The notes beneath the pieces are model-generated. The model saw nothing but the letters and a program-made list of their open reading frames with translations. It had not been told where the DNA came from and did not search any database. From Mycolicibacterium smegmatis (GTDB lineage Bacteria; Actinomycetota; Actinomycetes; Mycobacteriales; Mycobacteriaceae): a stretch of 32,000 nt of DNA. The translations under genes were made by a program, and so were the position numbers. This document shows, in pieces, positions 8,747-18,946 of the stretch; within the stretch, counting starts at the first letter, position 1, and each line of letters starts with the position of its first letter. The stretch is taken from assembly GCF_001457595.1 (NCBI RefSeq), contig NZ_LN831039.1:3210001-3242000 (forward strand). Reading direction: 5' to 3'.

Positions 8747-10082
8747 CGAGCGGGTCTTCAGCACGGTCGTCGACGCCCCGCGCGACGAGGTGTTCGCCTG
8801 GCATGCCCGCCCCGGTGCGATCCACCGGTTGTTCCCGCCGTGGCAGCCGCTGCGGATCGAGGCCGAGGCGGCGTCGCTCGCCGACGGGACGGCCCGCCTC
8901 GCGCTGCCGGGCGGGCTGACCTGGGTGGCGCGACATGTGGCGGAATCCTACGATCCGCCACGGTGTTTCGTGGACACCATCGCGACCGACGGTGTGACGT
9001 CGCTGCCCGCGCGTGCGGTGGTGCGCTGGCGACACATCCACGAGTTCGACGACACCGGCGACGGGCGCACCCGCATGACCGACCGGGTTCAGACCTACGT
9101 TCCCGAGCGCGCGTTGCGGCCCATGTTCGCCTACCGGCACCGTCAACTGGCCGACGATCTCGCCGCGCACCGGCAGGCCCGTGCGCACGGGCTGAAACCC
9201 ATGACCATCGCGGTGACCGGTTCGTCGGGTCTCGTGGGCACCGCGTTGTCGGCGTTGTTGAGCACCGGGGGACACCGCGTGATCCGACTGGTGCGCCGCG
9301 CCCCGGCCGGCCCCGGCGAGCGGCGGTGGAATCCCGACGACCCTCATCCGGAACTGCTGACCGGCGTGGACGCCGTGATCCACCTCGCCGGAGCGTCGAT
9401 CGCGGGCCGGTTCACCGACGAGCACCGGCGCGCGATCCGCGACAGCCGGGTCGGGCCGACGCGGCGACTCGCCGAACTCGCGGCCGCCACCGGTCTGGAA
9501 ACGTTCGTCAGTGCGTCGGCCATCGGCTTCTACGGCGCCTGCCGCGGCGGCCCCGTGACCGAGGAGTCCGGACGCGGTGACGGCTTCCTCGCCGACGTGG
9601 TCGCGCAGTGGGAGGACGCCGCCGCTGCAGCCGAGCAGGCCGGTGTGCGCGTGGTGCGGGTGCGCACCGGCGTCGTGCAGTCACCGCGCGGCGGGATCCT
9701 GCGTGTCCTCGCGCCGCTGTTCCGGCTCGGCCTCGGCGGCCGCGTCGGCGACGGCGCGCAGTGGCTGTCGTGGATCGGGATCGACGACCTCGTCGACATC
9801 TACCTGCGGGCACTGTGGGACACGGACCTGACCGGCCCCGTCAACGCCGTCGCGCCCGAACCGGTCCGCAACTCCCAGTACACCCGCACGCTCGCGCGGG
9901 TGCTGCACCGGCCCGCGGTGCTGCCGGTCCCCGCGGCCGGCCCGAGGTTGCTGCTCGGTGAGCAGGGCGCCCGCGAGGTGGCGCTGGCGAGCCAACATGT
10001 CACATCCGCCGAGCTCAGGCGGGCCGGGCACCGTTTCCGTCACCCCGATCTGGAGTCCGCGTTGCGGCACGTGCTGGGCTGA
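8739..10082 (+). CDS. Fusion protein: N-terminal SRPBCC (START/cyclase-like) domain plus a C-terminal YfcH-type (TIGR01777-like) NAD-dependent epimerase-family domain
   Basis: The ORF is 447 aa from ATG 8739 (TTG 8736 is an alternative start). The N-terminal ~150 aa (FSTVVDAPRDEVFAWHARPGAIHRLFPPW) look SRPBCC-like. A Rossmann motif follows (IAVTGSSGLVGTAL), then YfcH-like blocks HLAGASIAGRFT, SASAIGFYG and WLSWIGIDDLV. The start overlaps the SOUL gene stop. Confidence 0.8.
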   Translation: MCSERVFSTVVDAPRDEVFAWHARPGAIHRLFPPWQPLRIEAEAASLADGTARLALPGGLTWVARHVAESYDPPRCFVDTIATDGVTSLPARAVVRWRHIHEFDDTGDGRTRMTDRVQTYVPERALRPMFAYRHRQLADDLAAHRQARAHGLKPMTIAVTGSSGLVGTALSALLSTGGHRVIRLVRRAPAGPGERRWNPDDPHPELLTGVDAVIHLAGASIAGRFTDEHRRAIRDSRVGPTRRLAELAAATGLETFVSASAIGFYGACRGGPVTEESGRGDGFLADVVAQWEDAAAAAEQAGVRVVRVRTGVVQSPRGGILRVLAPLFRLGLGGRVGDGAQWLSWIGIDDLVDIYLRALWDTDLTGPVNAVAPEPVRNSQYTRTLARVLHRPAVLPVPAAGPRLLLGEQGAREVALASQHVTSAELRRAGHRFRHPDLESALRHVLG

Positions 10083-10140
10083 CGGTGGGACCGGCCCCGA
10101 GATGCACTGACCACACCGCACGCGGCGGAAACGGCCCCAT

Positions 10141-11208
<1,068 letters not shown>

Positions 11209-11213
11209 TCGCG

Positions 11214-12440
11214 ATGTCGGTCAAGACACTCGACGATCTGCTCGCCGAGGGCGTGCAAGGTCGGGGCGTACTCGTGCGCTCCGACCTCAACGTTCCCCTC
11301 GACGACGACGGCAACATCACCGATCCGGGACGCGTCATCGCATCGGTCCCGACGCTGCAGGCCCTCGCGGAAGCGGGTGCCAAGGTGATCGTCACCGCGC
11401 ATCTCGGCCGCCCCAAGGGCGAGCCGGACCCCAAGCTGTCGCTCGCGCCGGTCGCGGCGGCACTGGGGGAGAAGCTGGGCAGGCACGTGCAGCTCGCGGG
11501 TGACGTCGTCGGCACCGATGCGCTCGCGCGCGCCGAGGGCCTGACCGACGGCGACGTGCTGCTGCTGGAGAACATCCGGTTCGACGCGCGCGAGACCAGC
11601 AAGGACGACAGCGAGCGCCTGTCGCTCGCCAAGGCCCTCGCGGCGCTCGTGGAAGGTCCCGACGGATCACCCGGCGTCTTCGTCTCCGACGGTTTCGGTG
11701 TGGTGCACCGCAAGCAGGCGTCGGTCTACGACGTCGCGACGCTGCTGCCGCACTACGCGGGCACGCTGGTGGCCGCCGAGGTCAAGGTGCTGCAGCAGCT
11801 GACCAGCTCGACGGACCGTCCGTACGCCGTCGTGCTCGGCGGCTCGAAGGTGTCCGACAAGCTCGCGGTCATCGAGAACCTCGCGACGAAGGCCGACAGC
11901 CTGATCATCGGTGGCGGTATGTGCTTCACATTCCTGGCCGCACAAGGGTTTTCGGTCGGCAGCTCGCTGCTGCAGGAGGAGATGGTCGACACCTGCCGCC
12001 GCCTGCTCGACGAGTACGCCGATGTGATCCACCTGCCGGTGGACATCGTCGTGGCCGACAAGTTCGCCGCCGACGCGGAAGCCGAGACCGTTGCCGCCGA
12101 CCGCATCCCGGACGGCAAGATGGGCCTGGACATCGGCCCGGGCTCGGTGGAGCGGTTCACCGCGCTGCTGAGCAACGCCAAGACCGTGTTCTGGAACGGC
12201 CCGATGGGTGTGTTCGAGTTCCCGGCGTTCGCGGCCGGCACCAAGGGTGTCGCCGAGGCGATCATCGGCGCCACCGGCAAGGGCGCGTTCAGCGTCGTTG
12301 GCGGCGGCGATTCCGCGGCCGCGGTACGCCGGCTCGGCCTGCCCGAGGACGGCTTCTCGCACATCTCCACCGGTGGTGGCGCGTCGCTCGAATACCTCGA
12401 GGGCAAGGAATTGCCCGGCATCCAAGTACTGGAGTCGTGA
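11214..12440 (+). CDS. pgk: Phosphoglycerate kinase
   Basis: The ORF is 408 aa. Motifs present are [16 protein letters not shown], the GGG-containing hinge and [18 protein letters not shown]. It begins 5 nt after the gap stop. Confidence 0.97.
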   Translation: MSVKTLDDLLAEGVQGRGVLVRSDLNVPLDDDGNITDPGRVIASVPTLQALAEAGAKVIVTAHLGRPKGEPDPKLSLAPVAAALGEKLGRHVQLAGDVVGTDALARAEGLTDGDVLLLENIRFDARETSKDDSERLSLAKALAALVEGPDGSPGVFVSDGFGVVHRKQASVYDVATLLPHYAGTLVAAEVKVLQQLTSSTDRPYAVVLGGSKVSDKLAVIENLATKADSLIIGGGMCFTFLAAQGFSVGSSLLQEEMVDTCRRLLDEYADVIHLPVDIVVADKFAADAEAETVAADRIPDGKMGLDIGPGSVERFTALLSNAKTVFWNGPMGVFEFPAFAAGTKGVAEAIIGATGKGAFSVVGGGDSAAAVRRLGLPEDGFSHISTGGGASLEYLEGKELPGIQVLES

Positions 12441-12443
12441 ACC

Positions 12444-13229
12444 ATGGCACGTAAGCCCCTCATCGCGGGCAACTGGAAGATGAACCTCAACCACTTCGAG
12501 GCCATCGCTCTGGTGCAGAAGATCGCATTCGCCTTGCCGGACAAGTACTTCGACAAGGTCGATGTGACCGTCATCCCGCCGTTCACCGATCTGCGCAGCG
12601 TGCAGACCCTGGTCGACGGGGACAAGCTGCGGCTCACCTACGGTGCGCAGGACCTGTCCCAGCACGATTCGGGGGCCTACACCGGCGAGATCAGCGGTGC
12701 GTTCCTGGCGAAGCTGGGGTGCACGTTCGTCATCGTCGGCCACTCGGAGCGTCGCACCTATCACGGTGAGACCGACGAACTGGTCGCGGCGAAGGCCAAG
12801 GCCGCGCACAAGCACGGCCTGACGCCCATCGTGTGCATCGGCGAGCAACTCGAGGTGCGCGAGGCGGGCAACCACGTCGAGTTCAACGTGAACTCGCTGC
12901 GCGGGTCGCTCGCGGGGCTCACGCCCGAGCAGATCGGCCAGACCGTGATCGCCTACGAACCCGTGTGGGCGATCGGCACCGGCCGGGTGGCCGGGGCCGC
13001 CGACGCGCAGGAGGTCTGCAAGGCCATCCGCGGCGAACTGGCCAACCTTTCCTCGTCCGAGATCGCGGCGGGCGTGCGGGTGCTCTACGGCGGCTCGGTG
13101 AACGCGAAGAACGTCGGCGAGATCGTCTCGCAGGGCGATGTGGACGGTGCGCTGGTCGGCGGGGCGTCCCTGGACGGCGAGCAGTTCGCGACGCTGTCCG
13201 CGATCGCCGCGGGCGGACCACTTCCGTAA
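12444..13229 (+). CDS. tpiA: Triosephosphate isomerase
   Basis: The ORF is 261 aa. Motifs present are [27 protein letters not shown] and YGGSV. It begins 3 nt after the pgk stop. Confidence 0.97.
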   Translation: MARKPLIAGNWKMNLNHFEAIALVQKIAFALPDKYFDKVDVTVIPPFTDLRSVQTLVDGDKLRLTYGAQDLSQHDSGAYTGEISGAFLAKLGCTFVIVGHSERRTYHGETDELVAAKAKAAHKHGLTPIVCIGEQLEVREAGNHVEFNVNSLRGSLAGLTPEQIGQTVIAYEPVWAIGTGRVAGAADAQEVCKAIRGELANLSSSEIAAGVRVLYGGSVNAKNVGEIVSQGDVDGALVGGASLDGEQFATLSAIAAGGPLP

Positions 13230-13260
13230 CCCCCTGAACAGGGTGGGCACCGCCACCAGG

Positions 13261-13266
13261 TAGTCT
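13261..13266 (+). promoter_or_regulatory. Candidate -10 hexamer placing the transcription start at the secG ATG (leaderless mRNA)
   Basis: TAGTCT fits TANNNT and ends 7 nt before the A of ATG 13274. No Shine-Dalgarno-like purine run lies between it and the ATG. Confidence 0.35.
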
Positions 13267-13273
13267 TGCGGCC

Positions 13274-13510
13274 ATGCAATTGGCCCTGCAGATCGTCCTG
13301 GTCGTGACCAGTGTCCTGGTCGTGCTCTTGGTACTGCTGCACCGTGCCAAGGGTGGCGGCCTGTCCACCCTGTTCGGCGGTGGTGTGCAGTCCAGCCTGT
13401 CGGGGTCCACCGTGGTCGAGAAGAACCTCGACCGGCTCACGCTGTTCGTCGTCGGCATCTGGTTGGTGTCGATCGTCGGCGTGGCGCTGCAGATCAAGTA
13501 CAACGTCTGA
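13274..13510 (+). CDS. secG: Preprotein translocase subunit SecG
   Basis: The ORF is 78 aa with two hydrophobic helices. A Gly-rich loop (GGGLSTLFGGG) typical of SecG separates them. The position after tpiA matches that in actinobacteria. Confidence 0.9.
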   Translation: MQLALQIVLVVTSVLVVLLVLLHRAKGGGLSTLFGGGVQSSLSGSTVVEKNLDRLTLFVVGIWLVSIVGVALQIKYNV

Positions 13511-13515
13511 TCCCG

Positions 13516-13534
13516 CCCGGGCCGGCGGCCCGGG
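13516..13534 (+). terminator. Perfect GC hairpin after secG (candidate intrinsic terminator)
   Basis: CCCGGGCC (13516-13523) pairs perfectly with GGCCCGGG (13527-13534) across a GGC loop. The hairpin begins 6 nt after the secG stop and is followed by TGGTTG, a weak U tract. This is the I-shaped type common in mycobacteria. Confidence 0.55.
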
Positions 13535-13573
13535 TGGTTGAGCAGGAAAAATCCCCGGTCTTCAGGGGTCGTC

Positions 13574-13590
13574 AGCGGGGTGTCCCCGCT
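13574..13590 (+). terminator. Second hairpin between secG and the methyltransferase gene (terminator or 5' regulatory structure)
   Basis: AGCGGGG (13574-13580) pairs perfectly with CCCCGCT (13584-13590) across a TGT loop. It is followed by TTGTAGCAT, which contains a TANNNT hexamer TAGCAT (13593-13598) 30 nt upstream of ATG 13628. Confidence 0.3.
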
Positions 13591-13627
13591 TGTAGCATCC
13601 GATCACCAGCGATCGTCTGGAGTCGTG

Positions 13628-14722
13628 ATGCTCACCAGATTCGCGTCGCCGCGGCTGGTCATCCGACTGGCCCGCACCAGCGAAGCCGCACGGCACTACG
13701 TGTTGCGGCTGCATCAGTTGCTGGCCCCGCCCCCGGCCGTCATCACCGAGATGATCGTCTCCGGATGGACCGCGCAGGCCATCACCGCAGCGGCGGATCT
13801 GAAGGTCGCCGACGCCCTGGCCGCCGGGCCCCTGTCCGTCGAAGCCCTCGCCCGCGATGTCGGCGCCGATCCCGATGCCCTCGACCGGTTGATGCGCGCA
13901 CTGGTCAGCCGGGTCGTGTTCGCCCAACGTCGAGACGGGCGATACCGGCTGAACGCGCTGGCCGAGACACTGCGCTCGGATACGCCCGTGTCACTGGCCG
14001 GGGCGGCCCGGTTCTACGGTTCGCGGTTGCACCGCGAGGATCTGAGCATGCTGACCGCGTCGGTGCAGACCGATGAGTCGGGCTTCGAAAAGCTGCGGGG
14101 GATGGATTTCTGGGAATTCCTCGCGACCACCCCGGAACTCGCGGAGCTGTTCAACCAGGCCATGACCAGCCTGTCGAAGATGAGCGCCCCCGTGATCGCG
14201 GCGGCCTACGACTTCACGCCGTTCCGCACGGTCTTCGACGTCGGCGGCGGTCAGGGCCGGCTTCTGGCCGCCATCCTCGACGTGGCGCCGGGAGCGCGGG
14301 GCGTGTTGTTCGACCTGCCCGACGTCGTCGCGGAGGCGCCCGCGCTGCTCCGGCAACTCGGGGTCGGCGGGCGGGTCGACATCGTGGGCGGATCGTTCTT
14401 CGACAGCGCACCCGAAGGCGACGTGTACGTCCTCAAACACGTCATCCACGACTGGGGCGACGACGACGCCGTGTCGATCCTGCGCAACATCCGGTCCGCG
14501 GCGCCCGGTGACGCGCTGATCCTGTTGGCGGAGATCGTGATTCCGCAGCATCATCGCGAAAACCTCGGCAAGCTCCTCGATCTGGAGATGCTGATCGGGG
14601 GTGAAGCCCGCGAACGCACCGCCGAGCAGTACCGGCGTCTGCTGGACCGTGCGGGGCTGCGGATGACCCGGATCCTGCCGACCGCGGGACCGCACAGTCT
14701 CATCGAGGCGCGCTCGGCGTGA
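13628..14722 (+). CDS. Class I SAM-dependent O-methyltransferase (Methyltransf_2/COMT-like, with an N-terminal dimerisation/wHTH domain)
   Basis: The ORF is 364 aa from ATG 13628, with GGAG 5 nt upstream. The ORF track extends to 13538, but that stretch has no family similarity. The wHTH-like N-domain is present (AITAAADLKVADALAAGPLSVEALARDVGADPDALDRLMRAL). So are SAM motif I (VFDVGGGQGRLL), FDLP, GGSFF and YVLKHVIHDW. Confidence 0.85.
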   Translation: MLTRFASPRLVIRLARTSEAARHYVLRLHQLLAPPPAVITEMIVSGWTAQAITAAADLKVADALAAGPLSVEALARDVGADPDALDRLMRALVSRVVFAQRRDGRYRLNALAETLRSDTPVSLAGAARFYGSRLHREDLSMLTASVQTDESGFEKLRGMDFWEFLATTPELAELFNQAMTSLSKMSAPVIAAAYDFTPFRTVFDVGGGQGRLLAAILDVAPGARGVLFDLPDVVAEAPALLRQLGVGGRVDIVGGSFFDSAPEGDVYVLKHVIHDWGDDDAVSILRNIRSAAPGDALILLAEIVIPQHHRENLGKLLDLEMLIGGEARERTAEQYRRLLDRAGLRMTRILPTAGPHSLIEARSA

Positions 14723-14738
14723 GCGGACTCGAAGCGAC

Positions 14739-15434
14739 TCAGTAGTCGGAGGCCACCTGCGGCTCGGCGGTGCCGAGCAGCGCACGTGATCCCGAGACAC
14801 CCAGCCGCGTCGCACCTGCGGCGATCATGGCCTTCGCCGTCTCGAGCGTTCGCACGCCACCGGATGCCTTCACTTCGAGGCCGGCGTCTCTGACGGTGCG
14901 GGCCATGAGTTCCACGGCGTGAACCGTTGCGCCGCCGGCCGGATGGAACCCGGTTGACGTCTTGACGAAGTCGGCGCGCGCCTCGACAGCCGCACTGCAC
15001 ACCGCGACGATCTCGGCATCGGTCAGGGCGGCCGATTCGATGATCACCTTCAGCACCGTCGGTGCCGGTGCGGCCGCACGCACCGCGGCGATGTCGGCCT
15101 GGACCCTGTCGAAAGCTCCCTCTTTGGCGGCGCCGACGTCGATCACCATGTCGATCTCGTCGGCGCCGTGCCGCACGGCGTCGGCGGCCTCGGCGGCTTT
15201 GACCGCCGAGCTGTGCTTGCCGCTCGGAAAACCGCACACCGCAGCAACTTTCAGAGTCTGCCCGCGGGGGACCTCGACCGGCAGCATCGACGGGGACACA
15301 CACACCGAGTACGTGCCCAGTTCCAGGGCCTCGGCGACGAGTGCGTCGACATCGGCTGTTGTGGCCTCGGGTTTCAGCAGGGTGTGGTCGATCACGGCCG
15401 CGATCTCGGCAGCGCTCGGATCAGTCGTCGTCAC
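14739..15434 (-). CDS. deoC: Deoxyribose-phosphate aldolase
   Basis: The ORF is 231 aa. Canonical class I DeoC blocks are present: [30 protein letters not shown] (the Schiff-base Lys) and VKASGGVRT. It has a GTG start with GAAGGA 9 nt upstream, 24 nt after the permease stop. Confidence 0.9.
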   Translation of the reverse strand: MTTTDPSAAEIAAVIDHTLLKPEATTADVDALVAEALELGTYSVCVSPSMLPVEVPRGQTLKVAAVCGFPSGKHSSAVKAAEAADAVRHGADEIDMVIDVGAAKEGAFDRVQADIAAVRAAAPAPTVLKVIIESAALTDAEIVAVCSAAVEARADFVKTSTGFHPAGGATVHAVELMARTVRDAGLEVKASGGVRTLETAKAMIAAGATRLGVSGSRALLGTAEPQVASDY

Positions 15435-15458
15435 GATTCGTGTCCTTCGGTTCGGTTT

Positions 15459-16460
15459 TCAGGATGTCTTGGCTTGGCGGTCGAGGACGTAGTTCATGAT
15501 CAGAGCCGCGACCAGGATGAGTCCCGTCACCAGCATCTGGAAGAACGAACTCAGACCCAGCAGGTTGAACAGGTTGCGCAGCACCGACAGCAGCAGCACG
15601 GCGATGAATGTGCCCATGACGCCGCCCTTTCCGCCGAACAGGCTGGTGCCGCCCAGTACCACCGCGGCGATCGCATCGAGCTCCAGACCCGTGTTGGCGG
15701 TGGGCTGGCCGATGGTGAGCCGTGCGGTCAGCAACACCCCGGTGAGCGCGGCCAACCCGCTGCAGATGACATACGCCGCGGTGGTGATGCGCTGCACCGG
15801 CAGCCCGGACAGACGTGCCGCCTTGGCGTTGCTGCCGACGGCGTAGACGTGTTCACCGAACGTCGTCCGGCGCAGAACCAGACCCACGATCAGGGTGGTG
15901 AGCACGAAGATCAGGCCCACGACGGGAATTCCTGCCACGGATCCGGCGCCCAAGAACCGCAGGCCGATCGGGATCTCGGCCGTCGTGGGTGTGCCGTTGG
16001 TGGTCAGGAACGTCAGCCCGCGGATGCTCTGCATCCCGGCCAGCGTCACCATGAACGCCGGCAGGGCCAGATACGCGCTCAAACCGCCCATGATCCCGCC
16101 GAGGACCAGCCCGCTCATGATCGCGACCACCATGGCCAGCGGCCACGCGATGCCCATTCCGATGAGGATCGCGACCAGCATTCCCGACAGCGCCGCGACG
16201 CTTCCGACCGACAGGTCGATGCCCGAGGTCAGGATGACGACGGTCATCCCGATCGCCACGATGCCCGTCAGGCTGGACTGCTGAAGCAGATTCGCCAGGT
16301 TCTGCGAGGTGAGGAACTGCGGCGCCGTGACGGACGCGACGGCGAACAGCGCGATGAAGATGAACAGCAGATTGAACCGCACGATGATGTTCTGGCGCCG
16401 GGTACGTCCGGAACCGGTTGCGGTGGATGTGGAGGACGTCTCCTCGATGAGGTCAGTCAT
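15459..16460 (-). CDS. Sugar ABC transporter permease (RbsC/CUT2 type)
   Basis: The ORF is 333 aa and strongly hydrophobic, with about 9-10 TM segments. RbsC-like blocks are present (TPQFLTSQNLANLLQQ, SGIDLSVGS, FGGKGGVMGT). Its ATG overlaps the ATPase stop by 8 nt (ATGACTGA). Confidence 0.9.
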   Translation of the reverse strand: MTDLIEETSSTSTATGSGRTRRQNIIVRFNLLFIFIALFAVASVTAPQFLTSQNLANLLQQSSLTGIVAIGMTVVILTSGIDLSVGSVAALSGMLVAILIGMGIAWPLAMVVAIMSGLVLGGIMGGLSAYLALPAFMVTLAGMQSIRGLTFLTTNGTPTTAEIPIGLRFLGAGSVAGIPVVGLIFVLTTLIVGLVLRRTTFGEHVYAVGSNAKAARLSGLPVQRITTAAYVICSGLAALTGVLLTARLTIGQPTANTGLELDAIAAVVLGGTSLFGGKGGVMGTFIAVLLLSVLRNLFNLLGLSSFFQMLVTGLILVAALIMNYVLDRQAKTS

Positions 16461-18000
16461 TGTCGTGCCTTCCTGTGACGACGCAGCGGGCGATGTCCGT
16501 GGCTGATGTGGTTCTGGGGTCGAACGCGGCGATGTTTCTTCCCTCGTGCATGACCCAGATCAGATCGCAGTTCTCGGTGAGCTCACTCAACTCGCTGGAG
16601 GCCATCAACACGCCGACACCGGAATCCGCCAGCGCCTGAACCTGTTCGAACAGATCACCTTTGGCGCCGATGTCCAACCCCCGGGTCGGCTCGTCGAGGA
16701 GCAGGAGATCGATTCCGCGTGCCATCCATTTGGCGAGCACGACTTTCTGCTGGTTGCCGCCCGAGAGCTGACCGACCGGCTGATCGAGGCCGGCGAACTT
16801 GACGCCGAGGCGTCGCAGCGCCGGCATGCAGAGTTGCTCGGCTGCTTTCATCGGGTTGACGCGCAACGGGCGCAGTGCCGCGATTCCGGCGTTACGCAGG
16901 ATCGACTGCTCCAGGAACAGGCCTTGACTCTTGCGGTCCTCGGGTACCAGGCCGATGCCGGCAGCGACCGCGCCGCGTGGCGTCAGCCGGTCGAGTCGCA
17001 CACCGTTGAGCGTGAGATCCAGGGTGGCTGTGCGGTCACCGAACAGGGTCGCCAGCAGCGTCGATCTGCCCGCGCCTCCCAGCCCCGCCAGCCCGACGAT
17101 CTCTCCCCGCCCGACGCTGATGTCCGAGACGTCCAGAACCCCGGGAATCGTGGCGCGACGAACCTTCAGAAGCTCGGTCCTCGCGCCGTCCGGACCGGGT
17201 CGCCGTGGCGGCAGCGCTTGCAGGCCGCGGCCGATCATCGCTTCGACCAGTTCGTCTTTCGTCACGCTCGCGATGTCGAACACGCCGACGGTCGCGCCGT
17301 CACGCATGACGGTGGCCCGATCACCGATCTCCTTCACCTCATCGAGTCGGTGCGATATGTAGATCACCGACTTGCCTGCCGAGGTGAGCTCGCGGATGAC
17401 GCGGAACACCGCGGCGAGATCGTGATCGGTGAGGGCGGCACTCGGCTCGTCCATGATGACGACGCGGGCGTCGGTGGTGAGCGCCTTGGCGATCGCGGTG
17501 AGTTGCTGATCGGCCACGGACAGATTCGCCACCACATCCGACGGTGCGAAGCTTCCGCCGACTCTCTCGATCGCGGCCTGCGCCAGCCTGTCTCGTTTCC
17601 GGCGGGCGACGAACGGCCCCCGCTTCGGTTCGTGGCCCAGGAAGAGGTTCTGCGCCACGGTCAGGTCCGGCACGAGATCCAGTTCCTGGTAGATCGTGTT
17701 GATCCCCGCTCGGACCCCGTCGATCGGCGAACTGAAGGACGTTTCCACACCGTCGATCACGATCGTCCCGGAATCCGGTGTGTAGGAGCCGGAAAGGATC
17801 TTCATCATGGTGCTCTTGCCCGCGCCGTTCTCGCCGAGCAGGCAATGTACCTCGCCGGGAGCAACTTCGAGCGTCGCGCCGTTGCAGGCCTTGGTGCCCG
17901 GGAACGTCTTCACGATGTCGTGCATCCGCACGGCGGGAACCAGCGGGGTGTTCACCGCAGGATCGGACAGGGTCGATTCTGTGTTGTGACTCGTCGTCAT
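16453..18000 (-). CDS. Sugar ABC transporter ATP-binding protein with tandem ABC domains (RbsA/MglA type)
   Basis: The ORF is 515 aa. It has Walker A GENGAGKST in domain 1 and a degenerate GLGGAGRST in domain 2. Signature-like LSVADQQ and LSGGNQQK motifs are present, along with Walker B VIMDEPS and LLLDEPT. Confidence 0.92.
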   Translation of the reverse strand: MTTSHNTESTLSDPAVNTPLVPAVRMHDIVKTFPGTKACNGATLEVAPGEVHCLLGENGAGKSTMMKILSGSYTPDSGTIVIDGVETSFSSPIDGVRAGINTIYQELDLVPDLTVAQNLFLGHEPKRGPFVARRKRDRLAQAAIERVGGSFAPSDVVANLSVADQQLTAIAKALTTDARVVIMDEPSAALTDHDLAAVFRVIRELTSAGKSVIYISHRLDEVKEIGDRATVMRDGATVGVFDIASVTKDELVEAMIGRGLQALPPRRPGPDGARTELLKVRRATIPGVLDVSDISVGRGEIVGLAGLGGAGRSTLLATLFGDRTATLDLTLNGVRLDRLTPRGAVAAGIGLVPEDRKSQGLFLEQSILRNAGIAALRPLRVNPMKAAEQLCMPALRRLGVKFAGLDQPVGQLSGGNQQKVVLAKWMARGIDLLLLDEPTRGLDIGAKGDLFEQVQALADSGVGVLMASSELSELTENCDLIWVMHEGRNIAAFDPRTTSATDIARCVVTGRHDND

Positions 18001-18001
18001 G

Positions 18002-18946
18002 TCATTGCTCCAGCACGGCCTGCGCCGTGGGTTCGTCGGTGATCAGAACCGAGCACAGTCCGCTGACCAGAGCGCCGTTGACGACGGGGACCTTCCTTCT
18101 GCCCGCTGCCACTGCTATGGCGCAGTTGGCGTTCCGGACGTCGTCCAGGCTCAGCCCGACCGTCCGCTTGTCGATGTCGTCGTAGGCGATCTCACCGTTC
18201 GAGGTGATGTAGTGCGCGAGAACATCACCGCAGGCACCCGCCGCTTCCAGGAGGGTGAGTTCGGCCGGTGTGATGGCGCCCGACTCCACCAGCACAGACG
18301 TGGGTCCGAGCGCTCCGAGTGAGAACAGCAGGGCATCTGCCTTGCGCGCCCTTGACAGCACGTCCTCGACGAAACCCTCTTCGTACAGGGCGTTTCGGGT
18401 TTCTATGCGCTCGACTATCGCGGGAACGGGCAACAGCGTGGCCCGTCCGTGTCCGCTGTGGGCGATGCTGGTCACGATGTTCGCGGCTCTGGTGGGGTGT
18501 ACCGATCGGCTGACTCCGCCGTTGGCCTGGATCACCTCAATACCGCTCGTCCATCCGGCGGGCAGTACGGCCGCGATGTGCTGCAGTGTGTTGCCCCATG
18601 AGACGCCGAGCGTGGTGATCCAGGAGGCGTTGGTCTTCAGGTAGTTCGCCGCTGCGGTGGCCACGTGCCGCCCGTCGACGTCGGGGGCGTCGGGGCCCGG
18701 TACGACGACGCACTCACGAAGGCCGAACCGGCTCCGCATGGCGATCTCCAGGTGCGTGCGGCGCGCCTGCGGATGCACGATCCTGATCTCGACCAGCCCG
18801 GCGCTTCGCGCCTCGTCGAGCAGCCGCCCGACCTTCCACCGCGTCAGGTGGAGTTCGGACCCGATGTCCTCCTGCGTGCGCCCCTGTTCGTAGTAGCACT
18901 GCGCGACGTAGATCAGCAGGTCGGTGTGACTCTTGTCCGTGAGCAT
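18002..18946 (-). CDS. SorC-family transcriptional regulator (N-terminal HTH plus a sugar-phosphate-binding domain)
   Basis: The ORF is 314 aa from ATG 18946 (GTG 18949 is an alternative start). The HTH is AQCYYEQGRTQEDIGSELHLTRWKVGRLLDEAR. SorC/DeoR(Bsu)/CggR-type effector-domain blocks are present (LGVSWGNTL, VIQANGG, AIAVAAGRRKVPVVNGAL). The upstream 23 codons of the tracked ORF lie inside the kinase gene. Confidence 0.85.
   Translation of the reverse strand: MLTDKSHTDLLIYVAQCYYEQGRTQEDIGSELHLTRWKVGRLLDEARSAGLVEIRIVHPQARRTHLEIAMRSRFGLRECVVVPGPDAPDVDGRHVATAAANYLKTNASWITTLGVSWGNTLQHIAAVLPAGWTSGIEVIQANGGVSRSVHPTRAANIVTSIAHSGHGRATLLPVPAIVERIETRNALYEEGFVEDVLSRARKADALLFSLGALGPTSVLVESGAITPAELTLLEAAGACGDVLAHYITSNGEIAYDDIDKRTVGLSLDDVRNANCAIAVAAGRRKVPVVNGALVSGLCSVLITDEPTAQAVLEQ

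Noticed and set aside
13227-13260. A possible terminator hairpin right after tpiA (CCCCCTGaaCAGGGTGGG).
   Set aside because: Pairing would leave a 2-nt loop and needs a bulge, so it is sterically implausible and weak. secG read-through from tpiA remains likely.
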